Both the position numbers and the translations under genes were made by a program. The notes beneath the pieces are model-generated. The model made no database searches. It was not told where the DNA came from and worked only from the letters and a program-made list of their open reading frames with translations. From Blasia pusilla (Eukaryota): a stretch of DNA of 64,000 nt. The stretch spans positions 17,174,001-17,238,000 of the forward strand of contig CM114271.1 in NCBI GenBank assembly GCA_050084515.1. The letters run 5' to 3'. Below are positions 25,550-40,040 of this stretch, piece after piece; position 1 is the stretch's first letter, and every line of letters starts with the position of its first letter.

Positions 25550-28450
25550 ACATCCATGAAAAGGAGGAGAAAATATAAAAAGAATTCGATAACTTGTGTG
25601 TGGCCTTGAATAGATGGACGAAACTATGGAGCTAGGTAAAGTAAACTAAACATGTTGAGGAAGCCTACCTATGGAGCATCTTTCGAAGTAGGGCCTTGGA
25701 ACATGATCGGGAGTATGTAGTGGGCATGACATTGGCTGATCTATGCCGTCGACTGCGTAGAAATGCGGATAGGTGAAGGGGATGGGACCTCATATTATAT
25801 TTTGTGAATGTGGTTGTGGATAAAATTGGACTTCATGAAAGTCGAATGGGCAACTCGCAGGTGTGAAAATTGCTCAAGACGACGACGACAACAACAACGC
25901 AATTGCAAATGCTGCAATGCTCACTGATTGATTTTTGAAAGCGCGAAAAATGGGCAATAGCTTGAGGAATAGCTCAACGGGTATCCATGCAATAGGATAG
26001 TACAACTTATACCAAAAAAATCAAAATGAAGTTGACTAATGTTGGAGTGGCATTGTTCAGGTCTTTTTGGACAAACTCTTCCATGAGAATGCAACATGGG
26101 TTGATTGCGTTTTAGGGTAGTAGTAGATAATTTCATTGAGAGGATATGATTGCCAAAAAAAACAAAATGAGTTGAGGAATGCTAGAGTTACATTTTTGAG
26201 GTTGATGGATGATCTCTTAACGAGAATCCAAGATGGTTCGGGAGTTGTGCAAGTAGTAGATAATTGCATCAAGATCACATGATTACATAATAAAAGAGGA
26301 TATGAGTGAATAAGATGCGCAAATATTTAGACGTGTACTTCCAAGTAGGAAGTTGTTCAAATTGATAAATTAAATGTGCATATCCTCATTGAAAGAGATG
26401 TAGCTACATCCAAGCAATATCTATCATCACACGAGAGACTCAATGATAGAAGCGTGGAGAACAAGTTTGGGATCACTCTCAGAGTCTCAATGTAACCTCT
26501 AATGCTGCTCAAGAAACTTTTGAACTGATCCCTAGCAACTTTCAACTTCTCTTTTACGCTATCTAATCTGGTTGTACTAGCTTGATAACCCTCTTGCTCA
26601 AGCTAAAGTACATCAATGAGGACACACATCTCAACGGAAAGATGTATTGAGAGTTCTTGAGCTTCATCCAAAGCTGATTGGATACATTCATACACTAGGT
26701 GGTTTGGAACTCCATGAGGATGATGGTCCCAATTTGCACCACCTTGAGTAATATATGCTTGCTCGAAATAGTCTTATTTGAGAATATCACTCCAAAATTG
26801 CATGGCATAGAAAAATGGAACACATCGAAGGAAATTAGCCACCATGATAAAGAATGTTGAAATTTTGAAGATAGAATGAATTAAAAATGCAAAAAAAATA
26901 ACACCATGTACAAAAATCAAATGGCTCCTATATGAGGGAGACCAAGTTGAACATTAGTGCTAAATATCAAGTATTAAGGTGAAAAATGAAGTACAAAAAT
27001 ATGAGTATTAAGGACTAAAAATATAACCATAAGAGATGCCATGAATTCGATTACTCAGACAAAAAATACTGATTATTAAGAAAAAGAGAAATATAGAGGA
27101 AGAGGAAACCAAGTACATACGGTGGTGGACATGTCTAAAAGTTGAAATCCACATTTTGTGGACAAAAATATAAAATGTGGATGTGATTGCCACTCATTAG
27201 TGGCATGTGCATAGAGAATGACTCTACAAATGTCTTCCAGAAAGCATACAACTAGTTTTATCAAAGGAGGCTGCTTGGTGCACAAGACAACGGAATAACT
27301 TGTAATTGAATGCAAACTTAGTATAAGCTACTCATGGCTGAAGTTTCATGAGCAGGTAAAAAATAACTTTGAAATTATAGAAAAGAGAATGATGGTAGGT
27401 TTATACCATTGAGTAGCAAATGGACTAAGTGCATTTTCTCTTGCTTGGAGACTTCATAGTAGACCTAAAATCACTGCTCTAATGTGGTGTAGCATTAACC
27501 ATAAGTTCATTGAAATTTTATTGAAAGGGAGTGGTTATATAGATTGTAGGGCCATAAGATAAATGATAACATCATCAAAGTAAGGCAACTACCCATTATC
27601 TTGGGTTGTTTTCATGTGGTTAATAAGATGGATGGCCTTAGTTCATCCAACATCATGTGGAATGGTAAGTGCATCTAGTGTCTTAACACAAGGAGATCAT
27701 CCACCCTAATACCACTAGAAACAAGGTTGAAAAATCTCGTTACGTCCTTCCTTGTTAAGGATTTCTCTTTGAAATCAACATTGTTGAATCTTAGGACCTC
27801 CTTCTAAATGCCTAAGAGATGTCTTAATACAATGTAAGTTTATCATTGTGGAAGAGAATACACTTGTAAAACATGATATGTGAAAGTTAGTAAGAGAGTA
27901 CAACTAAACCAAATTCTACCTTGTGTTGGAGTTATTGTATCCTTGTTGAGCCTTTAAAACTTAGCGTCCCACAACTGGCCCTAGCTAACTAGGCTCTGTA
28001 TCTACTTGCTTGCTACACCATGCTCTCAGGTTGAAGGGACCATTTGTGAATTATCCACGTATTTAATGTGGTTATCCAACGGGAAAAATGAAATTGGGCT
28101 TTGACTCTTCAAGTTGAGCATGGATATCTGACAAGACCATATCCGTGAAGTCTAGGTAGCTTGGGGAACTTGCAAATGATAAGGTACGTATAGCTATGGC
28201 AAAAGAGTAAAAATAATGAGGCATTGAAGGAATAGATAGTAACCTCCATGAGTGCTTGATCTTGGTGGTACCATTGTAAGGAAAATTGAGCATCAGGTGC
28301 ATTATTGGGATTGGTATTATGCTCATACAATAGTTGCTCATTCTCCAATAGCTAAACTGCTGATCTCATATTCCTGCTCTTGGAAGGGCTACTTTGCTAC
28401 GACATATATTAATAGGAATGTCATGAACATTATCATGACCTAAAATGTGA
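25550..28450 (-). mobile_element. Heavily decayed Ty3/gypsy-like pol relic
   Basis: Minus-strand PYFDDVII RT-like motif (YFDD at 27571-27582). Integrase-like NWD remnant near 26730. The RT-then-integrase order fits gypsy. No intact ORF; boundaries approximate. Confidence 0.45.
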
Positions 28451-29079
28451 AACTCATGCCTCCTTTTGACCAAACACAATAAAATCTGTTGGTCTTAATG
28501 TATCTTATATTCTAAGTTGTTCTCTCTTCCTAACTCTAGATAAAATGACATAGGCTAGTCCAATGGCAAAGATAGACAGACTAGCAAACAAGGACCAATA
28601 ATAGTGGATCCTTGATTCTTATTCGTAGTTATGTATTGCATATCCCAAAATAAAATTAGTTTTTCATATATTTTTTAATTAAATCATATCTCAGTATAGA
28701 GAAATTAGTTCTACTTATTTTGATTCAGTTTCCATTAGACTCTAGTGTAATAATAATAATAATAACTAGTTCACTATTATATTCAAGATCATAAAAAATT
28801 ATTTCCAAATATCCATTTGCTACCTCGTATTTTAAATTTACATTAGAAATGGTCATCACTCGACAATGAAGTGCAAAAAAATCTAATTGGTAAAAATAAT
28901 ATTTATTTATCCATGCATTGGATTATGGAATCTTGCTTCTTACGCGCATCTAAAACTATATTAACCTTTACAATGGAAGAATCTCTATGGAGTTACAATA
29001 TCAAGTGCAGTTATTGTATCAAAAAAATTACTAACAGACTAAATATCTCTTAGTTATGATTCATCACATAGGAGCAATC

Positions 29080-32000
29080 GTCAAGAAAGATTCTACAAGA
29101 GATTAGTACATTGACTTTGAAACGTCAAATCTTATGACGTTACAAACTAACTGATTCAGTAGTATAGAGCTTGTGAAAGATCCAACAATAGTACTCATAG
29201 AAGATGATACACAACATCATATAACGTATACCAATAAATTTCCAAAAGCATTAGATTATTGTTGTACTCTAGGAAATATTCTTTATGTTCCTACCATTGC
29301 AAAAAAATTGATCTCTGTAGGCCACATAGTAGAACATGCTTATCAAATGAAGTTTAACATATATGACTATTTTATTGAAACAATGGATGACTAGACTATG
29401 ATAGCAAAATGAACAAGATCTAGTAGAATGTTTCTATTATATGTTTCTCTACTAGAGATTCAAACAATACCGTATGATCAAACTAGCCAATAAGTCATAG
29501 ATCTGAATGTATTGCATAAGAGAATTGGGCATATAAATCTTCAAAGACCACTAAGTATTTCATCATCTAATTTAAAAATTGAACTCGTGAAATTATCAAG
29601 TCCTATTATGTTAGAGGTATGCCCTATTTGTCAATTTGTAAAACAAACTAGATTTCCATTTCCAGAGCAAGGGAGAAGAGCATCCAAGATATTAAAATTG
29701 ATTCACAATGATATGTAGACAACATCACAATTGTTACATAGCCTTACTGGTTTTCATTAATTTATTTCATTTATTGTGACTTCTATATATATATATATAT
29801 ATATGAATATGATTTTTGAAAGACAAGCTAGAAGTGTTCTCAATATTCCAAATTTTCAAAATTCTAGTTTAGAAGAAAACGAGACAAAATTTCTTAAATT
29901 GCATACGTTGTGATGAAAAAGGAAAATCTCTCAATAGAGGTTAATGGCTACTTACATAAAAATACCATCTAATAACAAGTCACTTACTATTACACTTCAC
30001 AACAAAATAGAGTGGTTGAGCGAAAGAATTGACATATTGTTTAGATAACATGCGCTATATTGAATGAGAATAACATATCTAAGGAATATTGGGAAAAGGC
30101 TATAGTGTGGATAGCTTCTTAATGAATTGAACTCTAATAGCATAAGAAGCCTCGTAGTACACTTAAGGCTTCTTACTCAACATAAGAAGCAAGATTTTAG
30201 GATAAGTCTATATTCGAAGTCTTCACGGGTAGTAAATCTCATTTTTGATTCCTCAACGTTTTTGGTTATATTTGTTATGCTCTTGTTTCTTTTGAAAGTG
30301 TCAGAAATTAGATCCAAAATCTAAGAGATATATATTCATCAGTTATGTTGATGAAATTAAGGGATTTAAATGCTACATTCTATCATCTAGACAACTTGTT
30401 ATTAGCTCCAATGTTATTTTTATAAGTTAAAGTTATGGAATGATTCCTCTTAATATATTTTGCCTCTAAGTATATATATTGAGGGAGATAATATAACTAT
30501 AAATCAAAAGATGTAGCCTATAAATTCTGCAAGAACTAGTGCAAGGCTAGAAGAATACCTAGACTCTTGAGTTAAATCTGTCAATTCATGGTCAAGAAGA
30601 TTAGGTATTCAATCTGTTGACACTAGTCATAGCTCAAATTGGATATTTGAGTGATTCATCTCTAAAAAAAAACTTCATAGATCAATAGATCACACATCTT
30701 ATTCATAGATTCATAAATGAAGAAGTTCTTCCAACACTTCATGCATATATAATGATTTTCCTAATGAAATAGTAATTAGGTTATTTTGAATAAGTTGCAT
30801 GTACGATCAAATGGATTGAAGTTATGGAGAAAGAGGTTATTATGTTTAGATGTCATTTAACTTTGGAATTGGTTCATGTACCTCTTCATAAGGAAGTTAT
30901 TGGTTGTAGATGAGTTTATAAGGTCAAGTGAAATCGAAAAAAAAAAAACCAAGGGCTATGTATAACAATATGGTATTGACTACAATAAGACATTGAGCTC
31001 TATTGCAAAGATGGCGACTACAAGAAGGATGGTTAGAATTGCAGTAAGTAAGAAGTGGAGACTATGTCGTATGGATATAAAGATTACATTCTTGAATGGA
31101 GATTTTTATGAGGATATATAGATAACTAAATCACTTAGACATGAACATCTAGAATTTCCACTCCCCCTAGACAGATCAAAAAATGCTCTATATGTGCTCA
31201 AGCAAGTTGCAAGACTTTGGTATGGCAATATTATATATCTAGCACGAGAGTTTGGTTTTGATTCCTTGCCATATGTCTTGAGAAGACATGGTCATATGGT
31301 TATCTTTATATTGTATATTGATGATCTCTTGATTATTGTGAGTATTGAAGATATGATAAAACAATTCAAACTAAAGTTAAAAGCAGAATTTAATATGAAG
31401 GACTTAAGAGAACTCAAGTACTTCCTTGGTGTTGAGTTTATCAAATTTGGAGAGAGCATGTGATTATTACAAACATAGCATATTCTTCAAATACTTTCAA
31501 AATGTGGTATGACAACTTATTAGCAAATCTCCATGTTGTTAGATCATAGCATGAAGTTAATAATCGACAAATGAGAGTTTTTAGAAAACTTCACAATATG
31601 TACATGCGCATGGTTGGAAGTTTGATCTATCTCATTATAACAAGACTAGACTTGAGTCATGCTTTTTGCTTAGTAAGATTTTCCATACAAGCATCTTAGA
31701 AACGTCACCTTCATTTTGTGAGGAGGATTATACGGTATGTGAAGTTCTCTATTGAGTTTAGGCTTCAATTTAAATCTCCATCTGAACTAGGAACTGCAAA
31801 GACTCAAAGATGTTGATTAGGTAAGAAGCGCGTTTTATAAACATTCTACATCTTTCTATTCTTTCATCTTGGGAAGCACAATTATAAGTTGGGCTTCAAT
31901 GAAGAAACCGAAGTTGCTTTATCTTCAACAAAGGCTAAGAACAAAGGAGTAACCAATGCAATATAGAAGGTGATATGGCTACATTGATTACTTACTGCGA

Positions 32001-32270
32001 TGGATGCTAATAACTCAAGACCTTGTGTAATATATGTAGATAATATTAGAAGGATTAAGTTTACTAATCATCTTGTATATATATTTCATGCTAAAAAAAA
32101 ACATGTAGAGGTGCACCACTAATTTATTATTAATAAATTGATCTCATGTTTATAGGAACAAATCAACAAATTCATGATATCTTTATAAAGGTATTGTCTT
32201 GAGATAATTTTGAGATGATAATAAACGATTTAGGTATTAGAGCTATCGATATGCGCTTGAGGAGAAGTAT
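29080..32270 (+). mobile_element. Decayed Ty1/copia LTR retrotransposon internal region
   Basis: Protease-like YID..TSNLMT (~29107). GAG-pre-integrase HKRIGHIN...CPICQ.VKQTR.PF. Integrase-like Q.N.V.ERKN (~30000). RT LYIDDLLI...FNMKDLRELKYFLGVE. RNase H-like K.KHVEV. PPT-like TTGAGGAGAAGTA at ~32257-32269. Confidence 0.88.
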
Positions 32271-32878
32271 TGAAGCTTGAGTTATAGTCAAGCTCATCTG
32301 ACACACAAACTCCTATATTTGATACTCATACAAAATCTAAAATCTAAATCTTGGTTAATCAATTAAGCATAATTATTTTAATTGTAATTAGAATAACTAG
32401 ACAATATGGTTAGGGTTAGGGTTGCTTGTACACACCCTATGTACTTAAGAAGGGGATCAACCCCTACTCATTCTCTCATTGCAAAATGTTTTCCTAATGA
32501 CGGTGTGTATGTGTGGGACTCGTATTTCATTAGTCATGCTCCATAAGAAAATGTTTTTAACGTCTACATATGAAAACCTCTAGAGAGAAGTATTAAAGCA
32601 ACCAATCACCACCACCACGTGAACATCAATCAGGTCCATCTTCATCATCCAATTGACATAGTCATTAGGAAAATTGACATAGTCATTACGATCATAGCCA
32701 TAGTTGATCATCACATCTCCTAGCTAGGACACAAGCGTAGCTTTTACGAAACCAAACTTGAATCGTAAATGGTTGTGAACTACTACTAGAGGTGTTCCTC
32801 ACACTCATCAGAGAAATAAAATTAGATAGCTAGTGCTAACTAATTATCTAGTTAGCCTATATAGATGTAACTAGTAGT

Positions 32879-33259
32879 CAAGGTTGCATTGAAACGGACA
32901 AGTCCATCCATGGGACGGACATGCCCGGCCCGCATGTGAGCCCCTCGAGAGCCCACCACCTAGACCTGGGCTAACGGAGCCCATACCAATTGCATACATG
33001 CGGTCTGCATCCATTGCGTGGCCCTTAACCATGCGCTTAACTAGGCCCACGTAGGGCTCATATGGCGGGCTGCAGGGGGCGCCGCACCGAGCTCAGGCCC
33101 GCATAGGGTCCACCACGCTAAATGTCCCTAGTTGGTATGGGCGGGCTTAAGCCTGCCCAATGGGCGTGTTTGTAGGCCACGCAACGGGTACGTGCCGTAG
33201 GTACCTGGGCCCGCACAGACTTAAGTCTGCGGACACAATCTTTGTCGTGTGTAACCTTG
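32879..33259. mobile_element. hAT-type MITE (381 bp)
   Basis: TIRs CAAGGTTGCA ... TGTAACCTTG. 8-bp TSD CTAGTAGT (32871-32878) / CTAGTAAT (33260-33267). Confidence 0.85.
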
Positions 33260-36200
33260 CTAGTAATACGTGTGGGCATATCAACGTAGATAGTACTTTT
33301 CTAAATAAATGACTATAGACAAATGAAAATAAATAATACGTCCGTATTGTATTAATTATTCCACTTTTTTATAGTGCTCTATCTCATTTATACGATTCTA
33401 AATTCCTAAGAAAAAGATCAAATTTTATGGTGCATGCTTTTTAATTCGGTCTCGCCAAAAGACTAGAAAAAGTTATGCAAATATCCATAAAAAGGTTTCT
33501 TTTTCTCTTATTGGTAAAATCCCATTTGCAAGTTTCATAATTAATTAACAACCATAAAATTTTGGGCCTCACATAAAATAATACTTACATTAACATCTGC
33601 ACAAAAATGGAAAATTGCAGTTCTCAGTGTATGTCCAACTACTATCTTGGAGTTGTCAAGAGTCATAAGTTCACAAATATCTACAGATATCTTACAACTC
33701 AACAAGTTAATGATGCTTAAGATATCTATAGATACCTAAAAATTTGCAACTCTCGAAAGCTACAAGATTCCCTATCATGCTCGTACTAACCAAGTAGCAT
33801 ACTCAAAGAGATTGAGTATCAATACCTGTAGACCAAAGGTAGTATATTGAGAAAGAAGGTAACTTATATGAGTAGGTCATGTAACCCAATTCTTTGAAAC
33901 TATTTGTGCTTATATTAGCCTAGTTAATGTTCGAGGTAAAATTTTTAATTTTCAACCTTATTTGATATTTTTTCATATTGTGGAAACGCAATGTATTCTT
34001 GGACACTAGGGCTTGGTTGGTCATTTATATGCACAAGTCATATTGGGAGGCTTGGGAGCAAGGTTATACATAAATCAAATATTTAGTAATTTTTTAAAAC
34101 TTCCCAAATATTCAATCCCAAACTTCCCAATAGATACCCCATCATTGATGTGACATATACTTTTTACCTGTGTGGCAAGAAAAAATCTGAATATTTGTAA
34201 AAAATTTCCAAAAATTCTTGAAATTTCCATATCGAATATCTGGTCTCAAATATTATGCTAAAATTTGCCTTCAAGAGAGTGAGAGGGATGTATTTACTCC
34301 TGAGAGAAAATCTTGGAGATCATTTTTTGATTATTGAGTCTATCCACATAGAGATACTTGAGCACCTAAAATTTTCCTTGGTGTGTGTAACCCAAGTCTC
34401 TTCACCAAGAGATTGGGTTTGGTTTGAATCTCACCTTAAGGAGAGCTTAAGAGTTTACTTGCAAATTTAGTACTGAAAATTTGGTAGTTGATCATGTGTG
34501 TATCTAGCTTCCATGAATGGTTTCTAACTTTAGGAGTCTTGTCGATGATGAAAAGGATGCAAGTCGTGCGACAACACATATATTTCTTGAATGTCTTGAT
34601 TTTAATGTTGAGCTCATTACTATTAGACTTTGTATGACAAAAGAGGATAATCAATGACAAAGTATATAATGGCTCACACAAATTCTTCCAAATTTAATGG
34701 ATTTAAAGGTGGAGATAGGTTGCTATACGTAGGTAGATTTTTAATTGGAAACATGAATAGGGAAGAATATTTCCTTTTACAAGAAAATTTGGAAAGTAGT
34801 CAACGATATTTATTTATTCACATTACCTTAGAAAGGAGAAAAATTAATGTGCTGCACATGTGTACACTATGATAGAAAAGCATTCAACCCATCATTCCCT
34901 CTATACACATATCTTCCATATGAGGAGCCTAGTGTTGAAAAGCATTAAACCCATTTCCCATAATATACATATATCTTCAACATGATGAACCTAGTATCTT
35001 TGCAAATGGGTTATTATGTCATGCTCAAGATGGGAGAATATTAAGGCTAGGAGGCAATTATTTCTTTTCATTATGTTGAGGGAATCTATTGTGTTATTTT
35101 ATTATTCTAGATTATAATTAAGATCACGTCCTCTTTTGCAATTGATCAAATATATATACTTGTTCATGGTATTTGACTATTTGAAGCCTAAATTCCTTTT
35201 TCTTGCATTTTTTAGGGTTTTCCCATCTTCTTTTTATAAATTCTTGTACAACACCTTTCTTCCTTTTTTCAAGTAATTTATAGAAAGTCCTAGTGTTTAC
35301 ACTCTTTGTGAACATTATCAAATTGTTATAGTTTGCGTGGTCTCCCCCTTGCAAAGCCGTGACAACTATGACTAATTATTCAAGAGATATAATTTTTATA
35401 TCAATGTGAAATTTAATCGAGCACTCATTGACAAATGGTTATAGGTAAAAGCGGGCTAGACAACTTTTCATATTCTTTGATTTTTTTTCAAAGTTTTTTC
35501 TAATTAAAGATTACTATCATGCAAGGTGACTCTTGAAGTTCTTGATCATGGTCTTATGATTGGAATATATTGTTCTTTGTCATACCCTTGATATTGAATA
35601 GATCCTTCCCAAAAATCCTCTCAGAATGTATTAAAATCAGATAGAGTCGTGTAAAGGAAAATGTTATAGGAGCTCATAAGTGGCATAGACTTTGATTTAG
35701 CTAGTGAAAATCTCACTCCTCTTTCAAGAATTTCAATGATTTACTTAAAAATAAAATAAAGATTGAAAATATAAGAAAACAATTTATCCACCCTTATTAG
35801 AAGATTATTTTCAATCTATCTCAAAAAACTAGAAGAAAATCTTGATTTTTATGATTGAGTTTTTGAATGACTCATTAGATCCATTTAGTCATATAATTAT
35901 TAAACAAATAGTACTAAAAATTTTAGTTGTGTACCAATCATATTAGCATCACTTATAAAGTAATTATAAACACATATATAAGAATACTTCAATTATGAAC
36001 TAGCAAAAATATTATTGAGTATTAGTCATAAAGAGACGATGTGAAGAAATAGGCTTCACCATTTATACAAGATCCCTTTTAGAAACTACTATCATAAGTT
36101 TATTAGGAATTTCAATATAAAAAATTTCCACCACAAAACAATAAGTTGACCCATAATATTGATCACATGGGAGATGTAATTTAGAAAAAAATTATAAGAA

Positions 36201-36540
36201 TATGAAATCACCTATATCATTTATCCTTTCAACTTGCAATCCTTATTGAATGGTCGGTCCTTGTAGTCTTATTTTATTTTTTGGCTACCTCCTCTAAGAT
36301 TGGACCATATGGAACGTACACTTAATATACTCTATTAAATGTCATGTGGACATGTGTGACATTCATATTATGTTAAAATAATTGTTATTTGTGATAAATA
36401 AACTTATAAAGAGGACCGAAAAGGAATTACATTTATTATGATGCCCATCATACACTTCTTAATCCCAATTATCCCTCCTCTTCTTTTGAAAATGTTTCAT
36501 TTTTCTTCCAAAATTTTTGAAATCTTTTGGGAAAAAAATT

Positions 36541-37000
36541 AAAGGTTTCACACGGACAAAGTCTCTATCCACGAACATGTCCATGTCTGTGGATTGATGT
36601 CCATCTCTATTATGAACATGTCCTTATGAGCCCGTGTACCCAAAACCTGCACCCAAGCCCACCTTGTCCACAAGGTAGACCCGGCCTTGACCAACTCGTG
36701 TCCAATCTAGGATCTCATCGATCGCCCACTCTTGCCACTCATTTTGTAGTGTACACGAGCGCACATTGGCCCACAGAAAGTCCGCATTGGGCCCACGGCT
36801 AGGCTCGTACAAGTTTAGGATTAGGATTTAGGTTGGCAGTCCTAGCTTGCCTTACGCCTGTTCGCGAGTGTTGTGTGGGATTAGAGCAGGCCAAGGCAAG
36901 CTCGATGCAAGCCAAGAAATGGCTCATAGCCCATATACCCATTTGATCCTTGCCTGCCTCCCTTAATCCAAGCCGACAGACATGTTTATCTTAGGGACAT
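36541..37000. mobile_element. Degenerate hAT-MITE copy
   Basis: AAAGGTTTCACACGGACAAAG left-end-like sequence plus GGAC/GTCC and GCCC repeats. Right TIR not found. Confidence 0.45.
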
Positions 37001-39678
37001 ACATAAATGGCATAAGACAAAAGATTTCCTTGGATAAAGTTAATCTCTACAAATTTAATCTCTTACTTAGTACAATCCTCTATAAGCTAATCTTATATTC
37101 TTAGAGTTGACTTAGTGAGTTGATGTTTTCTTATTTTTTGGTTTCTCCTATGTTATCTCCACTTTTCTTCTCTAAGTTCATCTCAAGCTTTCTTGTTTGT
37201 CTTAAGAAAATCTTATTATTGCAAATATCTCCAATTTCATGGCACAAGTAGACTTTGTGCCATGAAATTGATTGGTAGCCTCATCACTTTTAATACAATA
37301 GTCTACAAGGGGTTCTCTAAATTTTTTTTATTGCCAGATTGGAAGATATGCGTTATTTTCCATCCATCTTTAATTAATACCATCACAATTTATGAAAAAT
37401 AAATAAATTTATAAAGTGATATTTATGAGTATGAAATTTTTTAAATACATTGCAACTTCAACACAAGTGTCAATTTTTGATGTAGATAGTTAAAAATAGG
37501 TTTATTGACATTTCTTGAAATTAAGAATTCGCCCACTCTCCTTCTAAAATTTTCGTATCTTCTATTTTCCTGTATTCAAACATGATGTGATGAAATCACT
37601 CAAACATGTTACAAATCTTGAAGATGCAAAGTGGCCTAGTTCGTCCATGCGCTCATAGAAGAGCTTTGATGAAACTTGAACATGGAGATAACTCGACATA
37701 CAACTATTGTTGCAGCTCTTGACTATTTGACTAATTATGAAACTCGGGATTTTTTTATTGTTTTCTTCCTTTCTATTAATAGAAATATTTGCAGGGGGTT
37801 GGGCCCTCAAACCCCCTCCAGGCATGAAGTGGCCCATACTTTGATGCAACATAGGGTTAGATAATCATAATAACCCTACTCCATAAACCACCTATGTCAT
37901 ATTACTATGACTCCTTTGATGTCTAAGTTAAAACAATTAATCTAAGCTTCTCCTCATATAAAGGGTCCGATCACATTAACGGTGCATAACGAGAAGTGGA
38001 TATTGAGAATCCCATATTTCTTGTCATGATTTAAACTTCTTTCTCCAATCTTTAGTGGGCTTGCTCATAGGGAGATGTATGAGGGGGGAAAGGGCATGAG
38101 TCTCCCAAAATACCAAGTTAACTTGATATATCCTATTTGAGTGGAGGGAAGGAGGAAGAGAGTTGAGATGTTGATGAAGGAGACTAGACAAGCCATAGAT
38201 ATCGTAGTGGTATAGATGCCAAACTGGAAAAACATTGTATTTTAGAGTATGATGAAAGATGTTGTGGAGGAGCCCATGGAAGGTGAGGCAAAACTTCCTT
38301 ATTACCACCACATCCATATCTCTACATGAAACACGTCCACCTCATACCTATTCCATCTTCTCATTGTGGGAGACTCAAAGAGGCTAGCAATATCAACGCA
38401 ATCCATAATTGCCTACATTAGTAGTTTTTGATTAATGGTAATTCACGATTATTTCCCACATCATTGATATTTCCCCTAAGTTATATTTTTTCCCCAAATA
38501 AATGTTCTTGGTCTGCACAATTTGGATAATATGCAATGAAGTTTCCAACGATGTTTCCAATTGGATGTGGGTGGTGTGTGTAAACCATTTGGCATTTGTG
38601 AATATGCTATACCTTAGAGATATGAGAATATAAGGATATATTTTTCAACACAATGGTAAGAATCCTCTTGCCCTACGTCCATCTTTTACTCATATGTGTT
38701 TTCATTTAATTTAATTAGGTTTTATTTTATGATGCCGAAGTGTTTCCTACCATTCATCAAATATACTGGTCAGAGAGGATTATGCTCTGCCTATCTATGG
38801 AAAAAATGGAAAGCCTAGAAAGGGAGGCACACACAAAGACCTCTTCACATATACAATAATCATGAATGATGCCAAGATGACTTTGTGAGGCTGATAAGAA
38901 TGAAAAATTAGAGAAATAAGAGGATGCAAATCAAGAGATTAAGAGTACAACCACAAACTCAATACTTAATGTATAAATTGGAAACTAGATAATAATATAA
39001 TTCAATAATTGGCATAAAAAATTGACCATATGTCGATCACTCTTATGTATCGCTTATATGGTTGTATTGATGCCCTTAGATGATAAATTTGAGCTTAAAG
39101 CTTCTCTTGGGAGGAATTTTTTTTGACTTAATACAAGAATGTATTACATGTACCAATTATTTTGATATAATTTGGGTTATAAAAATTAAACTAATTATTC
39201 AATGATTATATTGATAAATGATAAATTAATGCCTCACTTTGACCTTATAAAATATACATGGTCTTTTATGACGATAAGGAAATCTCAAATATTAGAAATG
39301 CTATACATCTTTTTCTATTGGTTGAAATATTTTATTTAATTAAAATAATATATTTTGATCCATTTTTCTATACTTCCTAATTTTCCTATTCAAAGAAATA
39401 AAAAATAGAAAAGAAAATATCTTTGAAGAACTACCCACATACCAAAGACATCCAAGATCAACTTTAGACTACTCAAAGTGGAAAATCTTATGTATTAAAG
39501 AGGATACAACTAGGAAATCAATTGAGTACGAAAATAAGGAGAAATTACAAGATCAACCAAGTTTGAAGCAACAATTGATAAAAATGGAAAGAGCAACAAG
39601 ACTTTTTTCTAGATAGATTTCTTCAATGAACTAATATCACGAGTAAATAAAAGAATAACTACACCAATGGAAAAACTA

Positions 39679-40040
39679 CAAGGTTGCACAGAAACCGATA
39701 AGTTCGGACATGTTCACGGACATGCCACCCGTGTACGCACCGCCTGTATGGGAGCCCGCCCCTGAGCCCGTCGAGCCCGTAGTGTAGACTTGGGCCGGCC
39801 AAGCCTGCACTGATTTTGTGGCCCACGCGCAGCTTACTATAACAAAAAATGTGAAAATAGAATGAGATCTTAAAAGGTAATTTGTGATCATTGAAAAATC
39901 CTTAGAATGGTGGAAAGGAGGTTAGGCATGAGCTACAAGAGGCACGACTAGCTGTGGGTGAATATCCCACACTCATAAGTTTGTCCATATGATGACTTGT
40001 GGATGATTGTAGACACAAAGATTTGTCGGGTGTAACCTTG
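39679..40040. mobile_element. hAT-MITE copy with both TIRs, no recognisable TSD
   Basis: CAAGGTTGCACAG at 39679 and TGTAACCTTG ending at 40040. The flanks do not match. Confidence 0.6.

Noticed and set aside
32409-32423. Telomeric repeat (TTAGGG)n; similar short words near 14551 and 36816
   Set aside because: Only 2-3 imperfect units, inside an LTR or MITE; too short to call.
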